A program made the position numbers and the translations under genes. Below are positions 53,892-64,000 of a stretch of DNA of 64,000 nucleotides, piece by piece (position 1 is the first letter of the stretch; the number at the start of each line of letters is the position of its first letter). The notes below the pieces were generated by a model. That model was not told where the DNA came from. It did not search any database and saw nothing but the letters and a program-made list of their open reading frames with translations. The stretch is from the NCBI GenBank assembly GCA_964016885.1, contig OZ024745.1:52886001-52950000 (forward strand), read 5' to 3'. This stretch comes from Eledone cirrhosa (Eukaryota).

Positions 53892-55828
53892 AGTTGCATT
53901 TATCTTGCTTTATGTTCATACGAGTTATCACCAAGTCACAACCAGTGACCTCAAGAGACAACAAGGTCCGCCATGTTCAAGAAAGAACTTACATACTCAC
54001 ACATGCATCTTTAGTGTTTAGACTTGTGATGTACTTATATTGACAGAATCTTCCTTAGTATATGGGCAGTTCCCATTAGTACTATCTATTGTATTTCTCC
54101 TATACGCGGGTTTCCTGGGATTTGCGATAAGTAATCATTAGACCCCTTAGGTATCATTCCCAGAGCGCCTACAACCACTGGTATTGTTTTAGTTCTCAAT
54201 TTCCACATTTTTCCAATTTCTATCTCCAGGTCCTTATACTTGCTCAATTTTTCAAATGTTTTTATAGATACATTCTTGTCTATTGGAACAGACATATCAA
54301 TTAGCAGGCATACCATCTTTTTAAAGTCCTTCAATATTATATCAGGTCTATTTGCATCTATTTTTCGGTCTGTTTGGATGCTAAAGTTCCACAAGATTGA
54401 GATGTGATCTTTTTCAAGTATGGGAGGTGGTTGATGCTCCCACTAATTCTTTTGATGGGGCAAGTCAAAATGCTTACACATTATCCAATGTATGTATTGT
54501 GCAGCTCTGTCATGCCTGTTTAGGTATTCGGTTGGAGCTATAGGACTGCACATTGAAATTATATGGTCAATGGTCTCTGGTTGTTTTTTGCATACACTGC
54601 ATCCATTTTTTATTATGTTGGGTTGGTAATTTTTTGTTGGCAGACACTGATCTTGTGCTGATATAATCAGTCCTTCAGTCTCCGATTTCAGTCCAGAGGA
54701 TGGGTTAAAGTTTTGTCAACATCAGGATTGTTAGCTCGCTCTGGGTATTTTCCATACAGACGCTTTTGTTGCCATTTCTTAGCCAGTTTCTGTAGCAGTT
54801 CTTTCTTTGCAGTTACTTTTACCTGCTTTGCTTTTTCTGTGTTTTACATTTCAGCAGTAAATGGGACTTCTGAAATTTGTAGTCCATTACTGTATCTTTG
54901 TGCATCTTTTGTAACGGAATATTGTCTTTTGATGCTTTCGTGTTTCAAAACGAGTTTGATCATCCAATCATGAGATTCCCTTAGATATGTAGATAATCCA
55001 ATTGTTGCAGTTTTCAACGCAATGTCTAACTGGATTAACCCACGTCCTCCTTCTTTCCTAGGGAGATATATTATATCTATATCTGCCTTAGGGTGATGCA
55101 TTCTGTGCATGGTTAAGAATTTTCGAATTTTTGTATCGAGCCTACGGATCTCTGTGCTTGACCAGTTGATGACATTGTAACTGTAGGTTACTACTGGTAT
55201 GGCAAGCGTGTTTATGGCATCGATCCTATTCCTTGCATTCAATTCCGTTCTTAAGATTGCTCTTACTCTGCGGTAACATTCCTTCCTTATCCTTTCCCTC
55301 ATTGTCGAGTGCTTGATTCCGTCTCCTTCACAAACACCTAGATATTTGTAAGTTTTTTCTTGATCAAGTTCTCTTATCACGTTCCCCCGATCAAGATTAA
55401 TGTCTGAACTCTTCAGCAGCTTTCCTCTGGTGAACGTTGCTTTGGCGCATTTATCTAGTCCAAACTTCATTTTAATGTCATCACTGAACTGCTCCACAGT
55501 GGATAATAGACCTTGCAATTGTTCATCATTTTTTGCAAATAGTTTCAGGTCATCCATGTAGAACAAGTGATTAATGGTTTTGTCATAGACTTTATATCCA
55601 TGTTTTGTTTCATTGAGCATTTTACTTAATGGTATAAGTGCGATGCAGAATAAAAGCGGTGATAAAGAGTCACCCTGAAAAATTCCACAATTAATATTAA
55701 CTTCTCTAGCTTCCAGTGATTTTGTTTCACTATTCAAAAGGAGTGTCGTTTTCCATGTCTTCATACTGAATGACAAAAACCTCCTGACAACGGGGGATAT
55801 TTTGAAAATCTCTAAACATTTTCCAATC
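53891..55828 (-). mobile_element. Dong/R4-type RLE non-LTR retrotransposon, 5'-truncated, inserted in (TAA)n
   Basis: RT: GIFQGDSLSPLLF..HLFYMDDLKLF..YKYLG..YLPRKEGGRGL. Zinc knuckle: CSVCKKQPETIDHIISMC. RLE: RHD..NRPDII..LLIDMSVP..EKLSKYKDL..PVVVGALG. The ORF ends at ~54035 with several stops and frameshifts. (TTA)n at both 53859-53890 and 55829-55890. Confidence 0.9.
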
Positions 55829-55890
<62 letters not shown>

Positions 55891-55891
55891 T

Positions 55892-55950
<59 letters not shown>
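55829..55950. repeat. (TTA)n-(GTA)n compound microsatellite
   Basis: Directly visible. Confidence 0.95.
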
Positions 55951-55951
<1 letters not shown>

Positions 55952-56298
55952 ATGGTGGTGGTAGAAAAAGTAGTAGTGAACAGGTCAGCGCCTCAGCAAC
56001 GGTCAAATAAAATTAATAGTCATAGTAAAGTGTAAAGAGTTCTTAATGTGAATAATGAGGAAGTAGCCCTTGCTATTTAGCTTCAAAGATTTCTCACAGG
56101 TGTAGCCAATCGTTTGGCGCCGAATAATTTGCTTCATTGAGTCATATGATTCCGAATAATATGTCGAAAGTGTAAATATATGAGACATTTCTTTGGCAAA
56201 ACTTCTCTGTAGAGGAAAAATCAATGTTTAATGAAAGTTTCGAAGGTGTAAGATTGGGGAAAGTGCCTCTCTCTCTCTTTATATATATAAACACATGC

Positions 56299-56392
<94 letters not shown>

Positions 56393-56428
56393 GACACACA
56401 CACCCATGCACACACGCACATACACACA

Positions 56429-56475
<47 letters not shown>

Positions 56476-56848
56476 GTGTGTGTATGTGTGTGTATGTATA
56501 GTAATGTATCGTTTGTGGTTTTCTGTATGTGACTGAAGCTGGGGAATTATCGAAATACAGCCGAACAGACGTAGAGGAATGCATGCATCTGTATGTATAG
56601 AAAAATCGATATACGTGTGTATATATTGACGCCTGTTTGTGTGCCATTTATTAAACACATGTTCCGACACATGAATGCTTATATGTATAGGCCCGAGTAC
56701 GTCAGAGTACGCATTCCTGTCTGATAAATTATGTGTATATGTACTTATGCCAGTTGTAGCAAATCTTTATATATTAGGGCGTATGTATGTATATATATAT
56801 ATATATATGTGGGGGGGGGGTATATTTATATATATATGTGTGTGTCTT

Positions 56849-56896
<48 letters not shown>

Positions 56897-56926
56897 CAAA
56901 TACATCCACATATATCTATATCTATA

Positions 56927-57018
<92 letters not shown>

Positions 57019-57213
57019 CGTGTGAAATATATCTTCATAGATACTAATATTATTGTATACTGATCTTCTTGTGTGTATGGGGGGGGGGGGATATTCGGTG
57101 CATATGTATGTATAAATAGCGTTGATGTAGTTTAATGCGTATAAATAATTAAGTGCAAATCATATATACATATACATACATATTTACACACGGCCACACA
57201 CAAACAAATACAT

Positions 57214-57271
<58 letters not shown>

Positions 57272-57573
57272 TTGTCTGTGTTTGGGTGCGTTTGTCTTTG
57301 TATGTGCGTCTGTGTGTCACAGTGTGCGTTTCTGTGTTCCCTTGTGTATTTTTGTATGCGAAGAGTGCGAAAGTGTGAGACACAATTATATGTGAATTTG
57401 TATGTCATTTGTATGTATGAATACGTGTATCTGAGGTTAACACAGATATACATATATATTTATATGTAAATTGATATGAATTATACGGAAACTCATGCAC
57501 ACATACATCTGATTCGTGTTATGTCAAACAAAACTCCGTGTATCAAAATACAGGAACACTAATACTGTATGTA

Positions 57574-57696
<123 letters not shown>

Positions 57697-58134
57697 GTGT
57701 GTGTGTGTCTGTGTGCGTGTATATATATATATATTGGATCACTCCCTCACACGTAAACACACACAAATACATATATATGTATATGTTTATATGCTTGTGT
57801 ATGTAGGTGTGTGTGTGTAGTCTTATTCAATTATATGTCCAAGTTAAGATCGTTATTACTTAAGTTCAAAGAAGAAAGGCAATAGATATTTGGCAACAAG
57901 TTTGACTGCAATGGCAACTTGAGAGATCAAGATCAGAAACAGAATATCATGTCTGTAATTCACTTTTAGAACAATTAAGGCTTCCTTCTCTCAAAACGTT
58001 TTCTGTACCTCAAAGCCACATCTTTAGCTCATATAGGGTCTGTTTTCACGGTCCCTCTCTGTCTCTACACCCCCCCTCTCTCTCTCTCTCTGTCTCTGTA
58101 AATATATATACATGTATTTATATATATATATATA

Positions 58135-59223
58135 TATATATCCAAAATTAATTTAATTAAATTAAATTATGGAGTCATGTCCGAGACATGCGCCATATCC
58201 ACTGTAGTATAAGCTCAAAGATTCCAATGAATAGATCCGAGCATTTTATATCAACTAGAAATTGATTGACATATATATATATTTAAAATAAACACATGAA
58301 ACAATCACAGGGGATAATTTGTAATGTGTGTAAAAACACACAGCTAGGTAGGAAACTAATTAGATCTTCAAATATTACCTTTTAAAAAATGATTAATCTT
58401 CCTTGTATATATTTCATTAAAGAAATATATTTTACCATTAATTCGTAAAGTAGCAGTAGTCAAATCCCGAATCTTCAGCAAGGGAGAAGATTTGAATGAA
58501 ATATATACAAGGAAGATTAATCATTTTTTAAAAGGTAATATTTGAAGCTCTAGTTAAACTTTAATTAGTTACCTATCTAGCTATGTGTGATTACACACTT
58601 TACAAATTATCCCATGTGATTGTTTCATGTGTTTATTTTAAATATATATATATGTCAATCAATTTCTAGTTGATATAAAATGCTCGGATCTATTCATTGG
58701 AATCTTTGAGCTTATTCTACGGTGGGTATGGCGCATGTCTCGCACATGACTCCCTTAATTTAATTTAATTTAATTAATTTTGGATATATACACGGCTCCT
58801 TAATTGTAGAGCTAACTCAGTTGAAAGGACTCGGCTGCTATTTATAGCTGTCGATCACCCTATTCACGCCACTGGGATGACGCTAGCATGTTGTTAGTAG
58901 TTTTAGAATTGCAACATGTGCGATGGGTCACTTGCAGATTTGCATTTGATGTGTAAACACAGATAGTTAAATCTTCTTCCCTGCTGAATAATCGGAATTT
59001 GAGTAGTGTGACTTTACAGATTAATGGTGAAATATATTTCTTTAATGAAATATATACAAGGAAGATTAATCATGTTTTAAAAGGTAATATTTGAAGCTCT
59101 AGTTAAACTTTAATTAGTTACCTACCTAGCTATGTGTGATTACACACTTTACAAATTTTATCCCCTGTGATTGTTTCATATGTTTATTTTAAATATATAT
59201 ATATATGTCAATCAATTTCTAGT

Positions 59224-59230
<7 letters not shown>
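58135..59230. repeat. Three-copy ~260-360-bp repeat: one inverted and two direct copies
   Basis: 58135-58418 is inverted relative to 58495-58790. 58969-59230 is the reverse complement of ~58246-58493. (TA)n at both outer ends. Confidence 0.9.
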
Positions 59231-59292
<62 letters not shown>

Positions 59293-61849
59293 AAAATTGA
59301 AGAATAACATGGTCAGCTGGATTACCTATAACAATAAATTGTTGTCCCATATATATATATATATACATCTTCATACATGTATATATACACTTAATTATTA
59401 TATATATTTAAAAGTTGGTACATCTGTCGTTGTTATAGAAGATACATTTGATTTCTATATATTTTCTGTTGCTACTTTATATTGTTTGTGAGCAGTCAAA
59501 GTTGTAATCTCACAGAAATCACAGCTACTTAAAAGTATACATTTGTTCAATTTTTTTTTCATTATTCAGTTTCTTTAGTACAGCTTTCCCTCACGAAGTC
59601 TTATTATCATTAATGTTCAAGAATTTGTTAATGTCCAATTACTATATTAACCCCTCCTCTTTTTCAGCTGGACGTGCTGTATGACTAAAGTACTTTTGAA
59701 ATTGTTCGCTAAAATCCTTCACATTACTGACGAGAATATTCAGAATATAACATCATTGAATAAATATGAATACAAAATCCCGCACCCTCCTCACCTAGAC
59801 TATAGTTTTCAATGGCCAACCTAAAAACATAAAATTAAATTATACAAGCGCTGACCTTTAGGATCATCCCAATAACTATCTATTTGCGGCTAGGTCAACG
59901 GTGAGCCCGACAAGTGATAGCAAGTTAATTGGGTGTCGTTTTGTATCGCCCAATGGCATGTCGTTAGCAATAACTCTTCACCTTTCTCGTAGGACTTCGG
60001 CGTATACCTGTTCTAAAGTATCATGATTATATTTTATTTTTTCGGTTGTTTGCTACAGCGCGAATTAAAATAACGATGTTCTGCCAGATAACCGGTTGTG
60101 CAGTACTTAATTCGGTCCCCTTTTGCATGCCTAATTGGGTCAGTGTAACCCATCAAGTGAGATGAGATAAACGTGACCTATGTAGACACTACTAGCACCA
60201 AATATGTTGAATGCTGTCGATATCAGGAATTTTCTAGATCTCGAGGTTGCTTAAATAATGTCTCACATCAGATATTGAATTGATCCAGGGATATTTAATT
60301 TTTATTTATATTGTATTGATGATATATTTTCATCTACCTAAACATTAATGTTTTTCATCTTAACCTCGTTTTGGAAAAGGGTTCATCTCATTGTTTCTAA
60401 TGTTTCTTATGAGGGCATCGTATTTGTTAATAAATATCTCCCCATAAAGTGTATGTGGGTTGTTTCTATTGCGTGGTTTCGAGATAATTCTAGACGTTTC
60501 AAATCCATGATTTATATTGAGTATGATTTTCGTTTTGTTTTAAGCATTTGAATGTTACCTATCGCAATTGTTCATAGCATATATATTTTGTTACGTTTTT
60601 CCAGAATATTTATATAATGTCATCTGGGATATTTCGTTCGTTTGCTACATAGATGATTTCTCTGCTACAATGTTCCCTCTAAATTGACTTCTATATTTTA
60701 TAATGATGAGATTATTATTCAAACCTTCATTATATTTCTGTTTCTGTAAAAGAATATTGATATTTGTTAGAATCACTTATATCATAATGTATTGAAAGTT
60801 TATAACACCCATTTACTTTTCTATGTAGTACATAAACTACGTTGGGTTTTAAGTGAGGCTTTTAAATCATTGTTTTCGTATGGTTTATTTCAATTATCAT
60901 ACAAAGGATGCCAGTAGTAAATGTCTTTGTGCAGTGCCAGTCAGCACTATTTTCTGTATCTCTTGCAGAGATAGCTTTCCATGTATCTGGGCCATATATT
61001 TTCAGTTCCTTTTATTTTTATCATTCCAAGTGCGCCGACTATCGCTTGTACATGCTTTATGACGTCCCATTTTCTCAATTTCAATTGTCAGATCTTTATA
61101 TTTGCAGAGCATTCGAGGTGATGTTAAGAGCTAACGGAAATGTTCATGTCAATTATATGCTTTATCTTTATGGTCCTTCACAATTATATCAAATATGTTG
61201 GAGTTAATTGTTCTGTCAGTGTTCAAGGGAAGATCCCAAAAGATTGTCACACTCACCCCTCCTGTTACTGAATATGGGTGATGGTTGTGCCATTTTCCTC
61301 GATGTTTATACGGAAAAACCTGAATATTATCATTATTATGATTTTTATTATGATTTTTGCCATACTACTATTATTGTAATTAACATAAATAGCATATTTT
61401 ACAGCATCAGTCTGTAAATTGTCACTCTCACGCTTTCCTGATATCACTACATTCCTAAACCAATGGTATCAGATGCTCTCTGTGTCCATTTGGATGAATG
61501 ATTGTTGATTCCTTTTCTTCTTCTAAAAATGGCATTATATTACTGGTTAACATGGGGTATAAATTCTGGAAGTAATTTTACAATAGTCTTGAGATAACAT
61601 GAAATAATGTTAAATTTATTCCATTCGTCTCTCATGTCTTTTAGTTGTTGATTAGTAATCTCATCACCTTATCCTCATTGTAGCGATGTATCATGAAACA
61701 CCAAGTTATAAATAATCCTACAAATTACTAATGAAGATTGTATACGTCCAGGAAAATTAGCTTTATAATCAAACTGATAACAATTTAAGTGAAGTTTTCA
61801 TAACATCAAACCAGTCCACGGGAATGTTCCAACAAATCTCTCTCTCCCC

Positions 61850-61886
<37 letters not shown>

Positions 61887-61887
61887 A

Positions 61888-62345
61888 ATGAGACTGGCTG
61901 GAGTCACCAAAAATATTTAAAATACAAACTACAAATTTTCACCTTCGAAATAATCCCCCCCTCGAATCTAGCACACTTTTCCATACTTCTCTGCCTTGCC
62001 TCCATTCACTCATGGAGGCATTCTCCCAAGATCCTCCACATCTCCGTTGTCACAGCCTTCTTGATGGCTTCCATGTCCAGAAAACCGATCGTACTCGAAG
62101 ATCCTTGGCTCGCCGCCGATGTAGACTCTCACTAGAAAGTCTCCTTCAGTTTCAAGACGCTCAAAAATTTCCAGACACACATGCATGTGATTCTACTTCT
62201 GCTCAACGTTCAGCAGCCTCGGCATTATCTACACATAGATCTTCCGCATGCTCAAATATTCGGTAATGATGTTCCAAACGCTATGATGATTCATTCCCAG
62301 CTCACTTGTGATCATTAGAACAGTCTGCCGATAATCGCTTCATCT
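61888..62345 (-). mobile_element. Internally deleted mariner transposon relic
   Basis: RQTVLMITSELGM..VWNIITEYLSMRKIYV*IMPRLL..EQK..RLETEGDFLVRVYIGGEPRIFEYD is joined directly to FLDMEAIKKAVTTE..QRSMEKCAR..DYFEGE. TIR-like remnant aatgagactg next to (TA)n. Confidence 0.85.
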
Positions 62346-63416
62346 CTGTACAATTTTCCGTAATATTCCGAGTGCTTCTAAGGGAGTGCTTCCCCATACG
62401 GACCATAAACTACGGGTTGTTTCATTGCTCTGTGCCCGACGGTCAAATGTTGAGGAGATAACGAAAGCACATAAAAACGCATACAATAGCTGCAAAGAGT
62501 TGCGATTGCTGTTATGTACTCCCGGTCACACGGTGACGTAAACGGTGAATCCCTATGCCACTGATAGCTCACACAGCACACTAAGTCCTGTTGCGTTTCT
62601 GACACACCTCGTATGTAGTGTACGCTATCATTTCTCCGTGTAGCACCTTAGTGTCACAGAACTCATCAGGCTTATTTATTTCATCAGCCTCATTTGGGTG
62701 GTGAAACACATTTATATTTCTCTTTCGATACTTCACTTATCCCTTGGGGGTCTGTGGTCAGTGATCTATTTTTATGGAAAAGTGGCCCTACCCTGATTCT
62801 ACTGAGGTGATTTATTTTGCAAATTTAAAGAATTTAGGGTTTGTCTTAATACCTACTAGCATCTATTTCTTTGCTCCTCATTTGATGGATGAATCTGAGT
62901 TTAGTTTCAATTCCAAACAGAATTTGTTACAAAGTGTATTCCCCGTTGTTCTTTAGTTCTATATTTATCCAGTTTGAGAACTTTGTTCTCCGTCACATGA
63001 GGATGTTTCTACATGTAAATTTCACCCAGTTTGTCCGTAACGACAGCATTGAACATCACAATGAAAGTTAAACACGCATGTAGCACATATAATATGACAC
63101 ACATGGGTGAAGGAATTTAATGAAATTCAAATTCCGACAGCAACGTTCATTCTAATGTGATAGAATTGCTTTCTGTAAAGAAGCATCAGCACATGCTAAT
63201 TTCCTCCACAAAGAGGATGATTCTATGCAGGTCTTGAAATGTTTCAGGTGAATTTATGAACTTTATTCTTTGAAATACACTAAAAGGAAATTCTAAAAGT
63301 ATTATGTATATAATTCCAAAAAATAGATTACATTAGTCGTGTCTGTAAAGTAATATTTAAAGACGGATACCTATTATACGGGGTTGGTGTAGAATTAACT
63401 TCTTCCGTTGTTTCTG

Positions 63417-63472
<56 letters not shown>

Positions 63473-63704
63473 ACAATCACCAGGCAGACGAATGCGAGAA
63501 TGTTCTCCAACCCAAGTTAACCAGGAATCTTTAAAATTCTTCCCACCGAAGTTAACAAAGAACTTACGGGATCTACGAACTTATAATATTATAATATTAT
63601 AAAATTAAATCAGAAAGATTGTTTTAAACACTACAAGTGAAGTCATTCTTTTCCTTTTTTTCAAATATACCTAACTGTACCAAGGATCTCACACATTTTC
63701 CAAA

Positions 63705-63774
<70 letters not shown>

Positions 63775-63900
63775 GTTATTCCGGGTTGAATCGGAGGTAA
63801 CCACAGTAAGTAAGGTACTCAATACATAGCAGAGTATAAAAGTTTTAATATAGATGAGATTCTACAGGACTAGAACTGTTTCATTCATTAGAAATCATCA

Positions 63901-63901
<1 letters not shown>
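63775..63901 (-). mobile_element. Second copy of the 16661-16788 repeat, embedded in (TA)n
   Basis: Reverse-complement match to 16661-16788, with (TA)n on both sides. Confidence 0.8.
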
Positions 63902-63984
<83 letters not shown>

Positions 63985-64000
63985 GTGTGTGTTTGGGAGT

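Noticed and set aside
60240-61700. Possible ancient LINE endonuclease and linker remnant on the minus strand
   Set aside because: No diagnostic motif is intact.

Overview
AT-rich, microsatellite-dense, non-coding eukaryotic DNA. The SINE, LINE and Helitron content suggests a cephalopod, probably octopus (inference). I cannot support any host gene exon; almost all ORFs in the track are (TA)n/(CA)n/(GA)n translation artefacts. Recognisable mobile elements: a 5'-inverted RTE LINE with a 9-bp TSD (36598-38081), a 5'-truncated Dong/R4-type RLE LINE inside (TAA)n (53891-55828), a Penelope-like RT fragment (47590-48500), an internally deleted mariner (61888-62345), a Helitron-like non-autonomous element with GC-rich tandem repeats (23135-26593), and several SINEs. 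The main finding is a dense set of type I hammerhead ribozyme (HHR) motifs. A 468-bp near-identical tandem array (27841-29178) has one HHR per unit, and diverged ~425-bp relatives (21630-22255, 27060-27577) show stem I covariation, which looks like a retrozyme. A 595-bp-spaced direct repeat carries an HHR with a compensatory U3-A8 core. There are also stand-alone HHRs at 7631 and 49689, several decayed ones, and many fold-back inverted repeats. Five of the HHR-type element families share a TYGAGTRC box 30-50 nt before a (TA)n insertion site. All of this was read by eye and needs computational and experimental confirmation.
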